A stretch of DNA of 64,000 nt from Eledone cirrhosa (lineage: Eukaryota), in NCBI GenBank assembly GCA_964016885.1, contig OZ024741.1, positions 396,614,001 to 396,678,000 on the forward strand. Direction: 5' to 3'. The position numbers were made by a program, and so were the translations under genes. The notes under the pieces are model-generated. The model was not told where the DNA came from. It did not search any database and saw only the letters and a list, made by a program, of their open reading frames with translations. This document shows, in pieces, positions 1-15,000 of this stretch. The number at the start of each line of letters is the position of its first letter. The stretch's first letter is position 1.

Positions 1-3000
1 TCCTTCAATCAGTCACACCACAAGAGTCAAAGTGCATCAATCAGTCACACCACAAAAGTCAAAGTGCATCAATCAGTCACACCACAAGGGTCAAATTCCT
101 TCAATCAGTCACACCACAAGAGTCAAAGTGCATCAATCAGTCACACCACAAGGGTCAAAGTGCATCAATCAGTCACACCACAAGGGTCAAAGTGCATCAA
201 TCAGTCACACCACAAGGGTCAAAGTGCATCAATCAGTCACACCACAAGGGTCAAAGTGCATCAATCAGTCACACCACAAGGGTCAAAGTGCATCAATCAA
301 TCACACCACAAGGGTCAAAGTGCATCAATCAGTCACACCACAAGAGTCAAAGTGCATCAAGCAGTCACACCACAAGGGTCAAATTCCTTCAATCAGTCAC
401 ACCACAAGAGTCAAAGTGCATCAATGAGTCACACCACAAGGGTCGAAGTGCATCAATCAGTCACACCACAAGGGTCAAAGTGTTTCAATCAGTCACACCA
501 CAAGGGTCAAAGTGCATCAATCAGTCACACCACAAGGGTCAAAGTGTTTCAATCAGTCACACCACAAGGGTCAAAGTGCATCAATCAGTCACACCACAAG
601 AGTCAAAGTGCATCAATCAGTCACACCACAAGGGTCAAAGTGCATCAATCAGTCACACCACAAGGGTCAAAGTGTTTCAATCAGTCACACCACAAGGGTC
701 AAAGTGCATCAATCAGTCACACCACAAGGGTCAAAGTGCATCAATCAGTCACACCACAAGGGTCAAAGTGCATCAATCAGTCACACCACAAGGGTCAAAT
801 TCCTTCAATCAGTCACACCACAAGGGTCAAAGTGTTTCAATCAGTCACACCACAAGGGTCAAAGTGCATCAATCAGTCACACCACAAGGGTCAAAGTGCA
901 TCAATCAGTCACACCACAAGGGTCAAATTCCTTCAATCAGTCACACCACAAGGGTCAAAGTGTTTCAATCAGTCACACCACAAGGGTCAAAATGCATCAA
1001 TCAGTCACACCACAAGGGTCAAAATGCATCAATCAGTCACACCACAAGGGTCAAATTCCTTCAATCAGTCACACCACAATAGTCAAAGTGCATCAATCAG
1101 TCACACCACAAGAGTCAAAGTGTTTCAATCAGTCACACCACAAGGGTCAAAGTGTTTCAATCAGTCACACCACAAGGGTCAAATCCCTTCAATCAGTCAC
1201 ACCACAAGGGTCAAAGTGCATCAATCAGTCACACCACAAGGGTCAAAGTGTTTCAATCAGTCACACTACAAGGGTCAAAGTGCATCAATCAGTCACACCA
1301 CAAGAGTCAAAGTGTTTCAATCAGTCACACCACAAGGGTCAAAGTGCATCAATCAGTCACACCACAAGGGTCAAAGTGTTTCAATCAGTCACACCCCAAG
1401 GGTCAAAGTGCATCAATCAGTCACACCACAAGAGTCAAAGTGTTTCAATCAGTCACACCACAAGGGTCAAAGTGCATCAATCAGTCACACCACAAGAGTC
1501 AAAGTGTTTCAATCAGTCACACCACAAGGGTCAAAGTGCATCAATCAGTCACACCACAAGGGTCAAAGTGTTTCAATCAGTCACACCACAAGGGTCAAAG
1601 TGCATCAATCAGTCACACCACAAGAGTCAAAGTGCATCAATCAGTCACACCACAAGGGTCAAAGTGCATCAATCAGTCACACCACAAGAGTCAAAGTGTT
1701 TCAATAAGTCACACCACAAGGGTCAAAGTGTATCAATCAGTCACACCACAAGGGTCAAAGTGCATCAATCAGTCACATCACAAGAGTCAAAGTGTTTCAA
1801 TCAGTCACACCACAAGGGTCAAAGTGCATCAATCAGTTACACGACAAGGGTCAAAGTGTTTCAATCAGTCACACCACAAGGGTCAAAGTGCATCAATCAG
1901 TCACACCACAAGGGTCAAAGTGCATCAATCAGTCACACCACAAGGGTCAAAGTGTTTCAATCAGTCACACCACAAGGGTCAAAATGCATCAATCAGTCAC
2001 ACCACAAGGGTCAAAGTGCATCAATCAGTCACACCACAAGGGTCAAAGTGCATCAATCAGTCACACCATAAGGTTCAAAGTGCATCAATCAGTCACACCA
2101 CAAGGGTCAAAGTGCGTCAATCAGTTACACCACAAGGGTCAAAGTGAATCAATCAGCCACACCACAAGGCTCAAAGTGCATCAATCAGTCACACCACAAG
2201 GGTCAAAGTGCATCAATCAGTCACACCACAAGGGTCAAAGTGCATCAATCAGTCACACCACAAGGGTAAAAGTGCATCAATCAGTCACACCACAAGGGTC
2301 AAAGTGCATCAATCAGTTACACCACAAGGGGCAAAGTGCATCAATCTGCCACACCACAAGGGTCAAAGTGTTTCAATCAGTCACACCACAAGGGTCAAAG
2401 TGCATCAATCAGCCACGCCACAAGGATCAAAGTGTTTCAATCAGTCACACCACAAGGGTCAAAGTGTTTCAATCAGTCACACCACAAGGGTCAAAGTGCA
2501 TCAATCAGTCACACCACAAGGGTCAAAGTGCATCAATCAGTCACACCACAAGGGTCAAAGTGCATCAATCAGTCACACCACAAGAGTCAAAGTGCATCAA
2601 TCAGTCACACCACAAGAGTCAAAGTGCATCAATCAGTCACACCACAAGGGTCAAAGTGCATCAATCAGTCACACCACAAGGGTCAAAGTGCATCAATCAG
2701 TCACACCACAAGGGTCAAAGTGCATCAATCAGTCACACCACAAGGGTCAAAGTGCATCAATCAGCCACACCACAAGGATCAAAGTGTTTCAATCAGTCAC
2801 ACCACAAGGGTCAAAGTGCATCAATCAGTCACACCACAAGGGTCAAAGTGCATCAATCAGTCACACCACAAGGGTCAAAGTGCATCAATCAGTCACACCA
2901 CAAGGGTCAAAGTGCATCAATCAGTCACACCACAAGGGTCAAAGTGCATCAATCAGTCACACCACAAGAGTCAAAGTGCATCAATCAGTCACACCACAAG

Positions 3001-6000
3001 GGTCAAAGTGCATCAATCAGTCACACCACAAGAGTCAAAGTGTTTCAATCAGTCACACCACAAGGGTCAAAGTGCATCAATCAGTCACACCACAAGAGTC
3101 AAAGTGTTTCAATCAGTCACACCACAAGGGTCAAAGTGCATCAATCAGTCACACCACAAGAGTCAAAGTGTTTCAATCAGTCACACCACAAGGGTCAAAG
3201 TGCATCAATCAGTCACACCACAAGAGTCAAAGTGTTTCAATCAGTCACACCACAAGGGTCAAAGTGCATCAATCAGTCACACCACAAGGGTCAAAGTGCA
3301 TCAATCAGTCACACCACAAGAGTTAAAGTGCATCAATCAGTCACACCACAAGGGTCAAAGTGCATCAATCAGTCACACCACAAGAGTCAAAGTGTTTCAA
3401 TAAGTCACACCACAAGGGTCAAAGTGCATCAATCAGTCACACCACAAGGGTCAAAGTGCATCAATCAGTCACATCACAAGAGTCAAAGTGTTTCAATCAG
3501 TCACACCACAAGGGTCAAAGTGCATCAATCAGTTACACGACAAGGGTCAAAGTGTTTCAATCAGTCACACCACAAGGGTCAAAGTGCATCAATCAGTCAC
3601 ACCACAAGGGTCAAAGTGCATCAATCAGTCACACCACAAGGGTCAAATTGTTTCAATCAGTCACACCACAAGGGTCAAAGTGCATCAATCAGTCACACCA
3701 CAAGGGTCAAAGTGCATCAATCAGTCACACCACAAGGGTCAAAGTGCATCAATCAGTCACACCATAAGGGTCAAAGTGCATCAATCAGTCACACCACAAG
3801 GGTCAAAGTGCGTCAATCAGTTACACCACAAGGGTCAAAGTGAATCAATCAGCCACACCACAAGGCTCAAAGTGCATCAATCAGTCACACCACAAGGGTC
3901 AAAGTGCATCAATCAGTCACACCACAAGGGTCAAAGTGCATCAATCAGTCACACCATAAGGGTCAAATTCCTTCAATCAGTCACACCACAAGAGTCAAAG
4001 TGCATCAATCAGTCACACCACAAAAGTCAAAGTGCATCAATCAGTCACACCACAAGGGTCAAATTCCTTCAATCAGTCACACCACAAGAGTCAAAGTGCA
4101 TCAATCAGTCACACCACAAGGGTCAAAGTGCATCAATCAGTCACACCACAAGGGTCAAAGTGCATCAATCAGTCACACCACAAGGGTCAAAGTGCATCAA
4201 TCAGTCACACCACAAGGGTCAAAGTGCATCAATCAGTCACACCACAAGGGTCAAAGTGCATCAATCAGTCACACCACAAGGGTCAAAGTGCATCAATCAG
4301 TCACACCACAAGAGTCAAAGTGCATCAATCAGTCACACCACAAGGGTCAAATTCCTTCAATCAGTCACACCACAAGAGTCAAAGTGCATCAATGAGTCAC
4401 ACCACAAGGGTCGAAGTGCATCAATCAGTCACACCACAAGGGTCAAAATGTTTCAATCAGTCACACCACAAGGTTCAAAGTGCATCAATCAGTCACACCA
4501 CAAGGGTCAAAGTGTTTCAATCAGTCACACCACAAGGGTCAAAGTGCATCAATCAGTCACACCACAAGAGTCAAAGTGCATCAATCAGTCACACCACAAG
4601 GGTCAAAGTGCATCAATCAGTCACACCACAAGGGTCAAAGTGTTTCAATCAGTCACACCACAAGGGTCAAAGTGCATCAATCAGTCACACCACAAGGGTC
4701 AAAGTGCATCAATCAGTCACACCACAAGGGTCAAAGTGCATCAATCAGTCACACCACAAGGGTCAAATTCCTTCAATCAGTCACACCACAAGGGTCAAAG
4801 TGTTTCAATCAGTCACACCACAAGGGTCAAAGTGCATCAATCAGTCACACCACAAGGGTCAAAGTGCATCAATCAGTCACACCACAAGGGTCAAATTCCT
4901 TCAATCAGTCACACCACAAGGGTCAAAGTGTTTCAATCAGTCACACCACAAGGGTCAAAATGCATCAATCAGTCACACCACAAGGGTCAAAATGCATCAC
5001 TCAGTCACACCACAAGGGTCAAATTCCTTCAATCAGTCACACCACAATAGTCAAAGTGCATCAATCAGTCACACCACAAGAGTCAAAGTGTTTCAATCAG
5101 TCACACCACAAGGGTCAAAGTGTTTCAATCAGTCACACCACAAGGGTCAAATCCCTTCAATCAGTCACACCACAAGGGTCAAAGTGCATCAATCAGTCAC
5201 ACCAAAAGGGTCAAAGTGTTTCAATCAGTCACACTACAAGGGTCAAAGTGCATCAATCAGTCACACCACAAGAGTCAAAGTGTTTCAATCAGTCACACCA
5301 CAAGGGTCAAAGTGCATCAATCAGTCACACCACAAGGGTCAAAGTGTTTCAATCAGTCACACCCCAAGGGTCAAAGTGCATCAATCAGTCACACCACAAG
5401 AGTCAAAGTGTTTCAATCAGTCACACCACAAGGGTCAAAGTGCATCAATCAGTCACACAACAAGAGTCAAAGTGTTTCAATCAGTCACACCACAAGGGTC
5501 AAAGTGCATCAATCAGTCACACCACAAGGGTCAAAGTGTTTCAATCAGTCACACCACAAGGGTCAAAGTGCATCAATCAGTCACACCACAAGAGTCAAAG
5601 TGCATCAATCAGTCACACCACAAGGGTCAAAGTGCATCAATCAGTCACACCACAAGAGTCAAAGTGTTTCAATAAGTCACACCACAAGGGTCAAAGTGTA
5701 TCAATCAGTCACACCACAAGGGTCAAAGTGCATCAATCAGTCACATCACAAGAGTCAAAGTGTTTCAATCAGTCACACCACAAGGGTCAAAGTGCATCAA
5801 TCAGTTACACGACAAGGGTCAAAGTGTTTCAATCAGTCACACCACAAGGGTCAAAGTGCATCAATCAGTCACACCACAAGGGTCAAAGTGCATCAATCAG
5901 TCACACCACAAGGGTCAAAGTGTTTCAATCAGTCACACCACAAGGGTCAAAGTGCATCAATCAGTCACACCACAAGGGTCAAAGTGCATCAATCAGTCAC

Positions 6001-9000
6001 ACCACAAGGGTAAAAGTGCATCAATCAGTCACACCACAAGGGTCAAAGTGCATCAATCAGTTACACCACAAGGGGCAAAGTGCATCAATCTGCCACACCA
6101 CAAGGGTCAAAGTGCATCAATCAGTCACACCACAAGGGTCAAAGTGCATCAATCAGTCACACCACAAGAGTCAAAGTGCATCAATCAGTCACACCACAAG
6201 GGTCAAAGTGCATCAATCAGTCACACCACAAGGGTCAAAGTGCATCAATCAGTCACACCACAAGAGTCAAAGTGCATCAATCAGTCACACCACAAGGGTC
6301 AAAGTGCATCAATCAGTCACACCACAAGGGTCAAAGTGCATCAATCAGTCACACCACAAGGGTCAAAGTGCATCAATCAGTCACACCACAAGGGTCAAAG
6401 TGCATCAATCAGTCACACCACAAGGGTCAAAGTGCATCAATCAGTCACACCACAAGAGTCAAAGTGCATCAATCAGTCACACCACAAGGGTCAAAGTGCA
6501 TCAATCAGTCACACCACAAGAGTCAAAGTGTTTCAATCAGTCACACCACAAGGGTCAAAGTGCATCAATCAGTCACACCACAAGGGTCAAAGTGTTTCAA
6601 TCAGTCACACCACAAGGGTCAAAGTGCATCAATCAGTCACACCACAAGGGTCAAAGTGTTTCAATCAGTCACACCACAAGAGTCAAAGTGCATCAATCAG
6701 TCACACCACAAGGGTCAAAGTGCATCAATCAGTCACACCACAAGGGTCAAATTCCTTCAATCAGTCACACCACAAGAGTCAAAGTGCATCAATCAGTCAC
6801 ACCACAAAAGTCAAAGTGCATCAATCAGTTACACCACAAGGGTCAAATTCCTTCAATCAGTCACACCACAAGAGTCAAAGTGCATCAATCAGTCACACCA
6901 CAAGGGTCAAAGTGCATCAATCAGTCACACCACAAGGGTCAAAGTGCATCAATCAGTCACACCACAAGGGTCAAAATGCATCAATCAGTCACACCACAAG
7001 GGTCAAAGTGCATCAATCAGTCACACCACAAGAGTCAAAGTGCATCAATCAGTCACACCACAAGGGTCAAAGTGCATCAATCAGTCACACCACAAGGGTG
7101 AAAGTGCATCAATCAGTCACACCACAAGGGTCAAAGTGCATCAATCAGTCACACCACAAGAGTCAAAGTGCATCAATCAGTCACACCACAAGGGTCAAAT
7201 TCCTTCAATCAGTCACACCACAAGAGTCAAAGTGCATCAATGATTCACACCACAAGGGTCGAAGTGCATCAATCAGTCACACCACAAGGGTCAAAGTGTT
7301 TCAATCAGTCACACCACAAGGGTCAAAGTGCATCAATCAGTCACACCACAAGGGTCAAAGTGTTTCAATCAGTCACACCACATGGGTCAAAGTGCATCAA
7401 TCAGTCACACCACAAGAGTCAAAGTGCATCAATCAGTCACACCACAAGGGTCAAAGTGTTTCAATCAGTCACACCACAAGGGTTAAAGTGCATCAATCAG
7501 TCACACCACAAGGGTCAAAGTGCATCAATCAGTCACACCACAAGGGTCAAAGTGCATCAATCAGTCACACCACAAGGGTCAAATTTCTTCAATCAGTCAC
7601 ACCACAAGGGTCAAAGTGTTTCAATCAGTCACACCACAAGGGTCAAAGTGCATCAATCAGTCACACCACAAGGGTCAAAGTGCATCAATCAGTCACACCA
7701 CAAGGGTCAAATTCCTTCAATCAGTCACACCACAAGGGTCAAAGTGTTTCAATCAGTCACACCACAAGGGTCAAAGTGCATCAATCAGTCACACCACAAG
7801 GGTCAAATTCCTTCAATCAGTCACACCACAATAGTCAAAGTGCATCAATCAGTCACACCACAAGAGTCAAAGTGTTTCAATCAGTCACACCACAAGGGTC
7901 AAAGTGTTTCAATCAGTCACACCACAAGGGTCTAATCCCTTCAATCAGTCACACCACAAGGGTCAAAGTGCATCAATCAGTCACACCACAAGGGTCAAAG
8001 TGTTTCAATCAGTCACACTACAAGGGTCAAAGTGCATCAATCAGTCACACCACAAGAGTCAAAGTGTTTCAATCAGTCACACCACAAGGGTCAAAGTGCA
8101 TCAATCAGTCACACCACAAGGGTCAAAGTGTTTCAATCAGTCACACCACAAGGGTCAAAGTGCATCAATCAGTCACACCACAAGAGTCAAAGTGTTTCAA
8201 TCAGTCACACCACAAGGGTCAAAGTGCATCAATCAGTCACACCACAAGAGTCAAAGTGTTTCAATCAGTCACACCACAAGGGTCAAAGTGCATCAATCAG
8301 TCACACCACAAGGGTCAAAGTGTTTCAATCAGTCACACCACAAAAGTCAAAGTGCATCAATCAGTCACACCACAAGAGTCAAAGTGCATCAATCTGTCAC
8401 ACCACAAGGGTCAAAGTGCATCAATCAGTCACACCACAAGAGTCAAAGTGTTTCAATAAGTCACACCACAAGGGTCAAAGTGCATCAATCAGTCACACCA
8501 CAAGGGTCAAAGTGCATCAATCAGTCACATCACAAGAGTCAGAGTGTTTCAATCAGTCACACCACAAGGGTCAAAGTGCATCAATCAGTCACACCACAAG
8601 GGTCAAAGTGCATCAATCAGTCACACCACAAGGGTCAAATTCCTTCAATCAGTCACACCACAAGAGTCAAAGTGCATCAATCAGTCACACCACAAAAGTC
8701 AAAGTGCATCAATCAGTCACACCACAAGGGTCAAATTCCTTCAATCAGTCACACCACAAGAGTCAAAGTGCATCAATCAGTCACACCACAAGGGTCAAAG
8801 TGCATCAATCAGTCACACCACAAGGGTCAAAGTGCATCAATCAGTCACACCACAAGGGTCAAAGTGCATCAATCAGTCACACCACAAGGGTCAAAGTGCA
8901 TCAATCAGTCACACCACAAGGGTCAAAGTGCATCAATCAATCACACCACAAGGGTCAAAGTGCATCAATCAGTCACACCACAAGAGTCAAAGTGCATCAA

Positions 9001-12000
9001 GCAGTCACACCACAAGGGTCAAATTCCTTCAATCAGTCACACCACAAGAGTCAAAGTGCATCAATGAGTCACACCACAAGGGTCGAAGTGCATCAATCAG
9101 TCACACCACAAGGGTCAAAGTGTTTCAATCAGTCACACCACAAGGGTCAAAGTGCATCAATCAGTCACACCACAAGGGTCAAAGTGTTTCAATCAGTCAC
9201 ACCACAAGGGTCAAAGTGCATCAATCAGTCACACCACAAGAGTCAAAGTGCATCAATCAGTCACACCACAAGGGTCAAAGTGCATCAATCAGTCACACCA
9301 CAAGGGTCAAAGTGTTTCAATCAGTCACACCACAAGGGTCAAAGTGCATCAATCAGTCACACCACAAGGGTCAAAGTGCATCAATCAGTCACACCACAAG
9401 GGTCAAAGTGCATCAATCAGTCACACCACAAGGGTCAAATTCCTTCAATCAGTCACACCACAAGGGTCAAAGTGTTTCAATCAGTCACACCACAAGGGTC
9501 AAAGTGCATCAATCAGTCACACCACAAGGGTCAAAGTGCATCAATCAGTCACACCACAAGGGTCAAATTCCTTCAATCAGTCACACCACAAGGGTCAAAG
9601 TGTTTCAATCAGTCACACCACAAGGGTCAAAATGCATCAATCAGTCACACCACAAGGGTCAAAATGCATCAATCAGTCACACCACAAGGGTCAAATTCCT
9701 TCAATCAGTCACACCACAATAGTCAAAGTGCATCAATCAGTCACACCACAAGAGTCAAAGTGTTTCAATCAGTCACACCACAAGGGTCAAAGTGTTTCAA
9801 TCAGTCACACCACAAGGGTCAAATCCCTTCAATCAGTCACACCACAAGGGTCAAAGTGCATCAATCAGTCACACCACAAGGGTCAAAGTGTTTCAATCAG
9901 TCACACTACAAGGGTCAAAGTGCATCAATCAGTCACACCACAAGAGTCAAAGTGTTTCAATCAGTCACACCACAAGGGTCAAAGTGCATCAATCAGTCAC
10001 ACCACAAGGGTCAAAGTGTTTCAATCAGTCACACCCCAAGGGTCAAAGTGCATCAATCAGTCACACCACAAGAGTCAAAGTGTTTCAATCAGTCACACCA
10101 CAAGGGTCAAAGTGCATCAATCAGTCACACCACAAGAGTCAAAGTGTTTCAATCAGTCACACCACAAGGGTCAAAGTGCATCAATCAGTCACACCACAAG
10201 GGTCAAAGTGTTTCAATCAGTCACACCACAAGGGTCAAAGTGCATCAATCAGTCACACCACAAGAGTCAAAGTGCATCAATCAGTCACACCACAAGGGTC
10301 AAAGTGCATCAATCAGTCACACCACAAGAGTCAAAGTGTTTCAATAAGTCACACCACAAGGGTCAAAGTGTATCAATCAGTCACACCACAAGGGTCAAAG
10401 TGCATCAATCAGTCACATCACAAGAGTCAAAGTGTTTCAATCAGTCACACCACAAGGGTCAAAGTGCATCAATCAGTTACACGACAAGGGTCAAAGTGTT
10501 TCAATCAGTCACACCACAAGGGTCAAAGTGCATCAATCAGTCACACCACAAGGGTCAAAGTGCATCAATCAGTCACACCACAAGGGTCAAAGTGTTTCAA
10601 TCAGTCACACCACAAGGGTCAAAGTGCATCAATCAGTCACACCACAAGGGTCAAAGTGCATCAATCAGTCACACCACAAGGGTCAAAGTGCATCAATCAG
10701 TCACACCATAAGGTTCAAAGTGCATCAATCAGTCACACCACAAGGGTCAAAGTGCGTCAATCAGTTACACCACAAGGGTCAAAGTGAATCAATCAGCCAC
10801 ACCACAAGGCTCAAAGTGCATCAATCAGTCACACCACAAGGGTCAAAGTGCATCAATCAGTCACACCACAAGGGTCAAAGTGCATCAATCAGTCACACCA
10901 CAAGGGTAAAAGTGCATCAATCAGTCACACCACAAGGGTCAAAGTGCATCAATCAGTTACACCACAAGGGGCAAAGTGCATCAATCTGCCACACCACAAG
11001 GGTCAAAGTGTTTCAATCAGTCACACCACAAGGGTCAAAGTGCATCAATCAGCCACGCCACAAGGATCAAAGTGTTTCAATCAGTCACACCACAAGGGTC
11101 AAAGTGTTTCAATCAGTCACACCACAAGGGTCAAAGTGCATCAATCAGTCACACCACAAGGGTCAAAGTGCATCAATCAGTCACACCACAAGGGTCAAAG
11201 TGCATCAATCAGTCACACCACAAGAGTCAAAGTGCATCAATCAGTCACACCACAAGAGTCAAAGTGCATCAATCAGTCACACCACAAGGGTCAAAGTGCA
11301 TCAATCAGTCACACCACAAGGGTCAAAGTGCATCAATCAGTCACACCACAAGGGTCAAAGTGCATCAATCAGTCACACCACAAGGGTCAAAGTGCATCAA
11401 TCAGCCACACCACAAGGATCAAAGTGTTTCAATCAGTCACACCACAAGGGTCAAAGTGCATCAATCAGTCACACCACAAGGGTCAAAGTGCATCAATCAG
11501 TCACACCACAAGGGTCAAAGTGCATCAATCAGTCACACCACAAGGGTCAAAGTGCATCAATCAGTCACACCACAAGGGTCAAAGTGCATCAATCAGTCAC
11601 ACCACAAGAGTCAAAGTGCATCAATCAGTCACACCACAAGGGTCAAAGTGCATCAATCAGTCACACCACAAGAGTCAAAGTGTTTCAATCAGTCACACCA
11701 CAAGGGTCAAAGTGCATCAATCAGTCACACCACAAGAGTCAAAGTGTTTCAATCAGTCACACCACAAGGGTCAAAGTGCATCAATCAGTCACACCACAAG
11801 AGTCAAAGTGTTTCAATCAGTCACACCACAAGGGTCAAAGTGCATCAATCAGTCACACCACAAGAGTCAAAGTGTTTCAATCAGTCACACCACAAGGGTC
11901 AAAGTGCATCAATCAGTCACACCACAAGGGTCAAAGTGCATCAATCAGTCACACCACAAGAGTTAAAGTGCATCAATCAGTCACACCACAAGGGTCAAAG

Positions 12001-15000
12001 TGCATCAATCAGTCACACCACAAGAGTCAAAGTGTTTCAATAAGTCACACCACAAGGGTCAAAGTGCATCAATCAGTCACACCACAAGGGTCAAAGTGCA
12101 TCAATCAGTCACATCACAAGAGTCAAAGTGTTTCAATCAGTCACACCACAAGGGTCAAAGTGCATCAATCAGTTACACGACAAGGGTCAAAGTGTTTCAA
12201 TCAGTCACACCACAAGGGTCAAAGTGCATCAATCAGTCACACCACAAGGGTCAAAGTGCATCAATCAGTCACACCACAAGGGTCAAATTGTTTCAATCAG
12301 TCACACCACAAGGGTCAAAGTGCATCAATCAGTCACACCACAAGGGTCAAAGTGCATCAATCAGTCACACCACAAGGGTCAAAGTGCATCAATCAGTCAC
12401 ACCATAAGGGTCAAAGTGCATCAATCAGTCACACCACAAGGGTCAAAGTGCGTCAATCAGTTACACCACAAGGGTCAAAGTGAATCAATCAGCCACACCA
12501 CAAGGCTCAAAGTGCATCAATCAGTCACACCACAAGGGTCAAAGTGCATCAATCAGTCACACCACAAGGGTCAAAGTGCATCAATCAGTCACACCATAAG
12601 GGTCAAATTCCTTCAATCAGTCACACCACAAGAGTCAAAGTGCATCAATCAGTCACACCACAAAAGTCAAAGTGCATCAATCAGTCACACCACAAGGGTC
12701 AAATTCCTTCAATCAGTCACACCACAAGAGTCAAAGTGCATCAATCAGTCACACCACAAGGGTCAAAGTGCATCAATCAGTCACACCACAAGGGTCAAAG
12801 TGCATCAATCAGTCACACCACAAGGGTCAAAGTGCATCAATCAGTCACACCACAAGGGTCAAAGTGCATCAATCAGTCACACCACAAGGGTCAAAGTGCA
12901 TCAATCAGTCACACCACAAGGGTCAAAGTGCATCAATCAGTCACACCACAAGAGTCAAAGTGCATCAATCAGTCACACCACAAGGGTCAAATTCCTTCAA
13001 TCAGTCACACCACAAGAGTCAAAGTGCATCAATGAGTCACACCACAAGGGTCGAAGTGCATCAATCAGTCACACCACAAGGGTCAAAATGTTTCAATCAG
13101 TCACACCACAAGGTTCAAAGTGCATCAATCAGTCACACCACAAGGGTCAAAGTGTTTCAATCAGTCACACCACAAGGGTCAAAGTGCATCAATCAGTCAC
13201 ACCACAAGAGTCAAAGTGCATCAATCAGTCACACCACAAGGGTCAAAGTGCATCAATCAGTCACACCACAAGGGTCAAAGTGTTTCAATCAGTCACACCA
13301 CAAGGGTCAAAGTGCATCAATCAGTCACACCACAAGGGTCAAAGTGCATCAATCAGTCACACCACAAGGGTCAAAGTGCATCAATCAGTCACACCACAAG
13401 GGTCAAATTCCTTCAATCAGTCACACCACAAGGGTCAAAGTGTTTCAATCAGTCACACCACAAGGGTCAAAGTGCATCAATCAGTCACACCACAAGGGTC
13501 AAAGTGCATCAATCAGTCACACCACAAGGGTCAAATTCCTTCAATCAGTCACACCACAAGGGTCAAAGTGTTTCAATCAGTCACACCACAAGGGTCAAAA
13601 TGCATCAATCAGTCACACCACAAGGGTCAAAATGCATCACTCAGTCACACCACAAGGGTCAAATTCCTTCAATCAGTCACACCACAATAGTCAAAGTGCA
13701 TCAATCAGTCACACCACAAGAGTCAAAGTGTTTCAATCAGTCACACCACAAGGGTCAAAGTGTTTCAATCAGTCACACCACAAGGGTCAAATCCCTTCAA
13801 TCAGTCACACCACAAGGGTCAAAGTGCATCAATCAGTCACACCACAAGGGTCAAAGTGTTTCAATCAGTCACACTACAAGGGTCAAAGTGCATCAATCAG
13901 TCACACCACAAGAGTCAAAGTGTTTCAATCAGTCACACCACAAGGGTCAAAGTGCATCAATCAGTCACACCACAAGGGTCAAAGTGTTTCAATCAGTCAC
14001 ACCCCAAGGGTCAAAGTGCATCAATCAGTCACACCACAAGAGTCAAAGTGTTTCAATCAGTCACACCACAAGGGTCAAAGTGCATCAATCAGTCACACAA
14101 CAAGAGTCAAAGTGTTTCAATCAGTCACACCACAAGGGTCAAAGTGCATCAATCAGTCACACCACAAGGGTCAAAGTGTTTCAATCAGTCACACCACAAG
14201 GGTCAAAGTGCATCAATCAGTCACACCACAAGAGTCAAAGTGCATCAATCAGTCACACCACAAGGGTCAAAGTGCATCAATCAGTCACACCACAAGAGTC
14301 AAAGTGTTTCAATAAGTCACACCACAAGGGTCAAAGTGTATCAATCAGTCACACCACAAGGGTCAAAGTGCATCAATCAGTCACATCACAAGAGTCAAAG
14401 TGTTTCAATCAGTCACACCACAAGGGTCAAAGTGCATCAATCAGTTACACGACAAGGGTCAAAGTGTTTCAATCAGTCACACCACAAGGGTCAAAGTGCA
14501 TCAATCAGTCACACCACAAGGGTCAAAGTGCATCAATCAGTCACACCACAAGGGTCAAAGTGTTTCAATCAGTCACACCACAAGGGTCAAAGTGCATCAA
14601 TCAGTCACACCACAAGGGTCAAAGTGCATCAATCAGTCACACCACAAGGGTAAAAGTGCATCAATCAGTCACACCACAAGGGTCAAAGTGCATCAATCAG
14701 TTACACCACAAGGGGCAAAGTGCATCAATCTGCCACACCACAAGGGTCAAAGTGCATCAATCAGTCACACCACAAGGGTCAAAGTGCATCAATCAGTCAC
14801 ACCACAAGAGTCAAAGTGCATCAATCAGTCACACCACAAGGGTCAAAGTGCATCAATCAGTCACACCACAAGGGTCAAAGTGCATCAATCAGTCACACCA
14901 CAAGAGTCAAAGTGCATCAATCAGTCACACCACAAGGGTCAAAGTGCATCAATCAGTCACACCACAAGGGTCAAAGTGCATCAATCAGTCACACCACAAG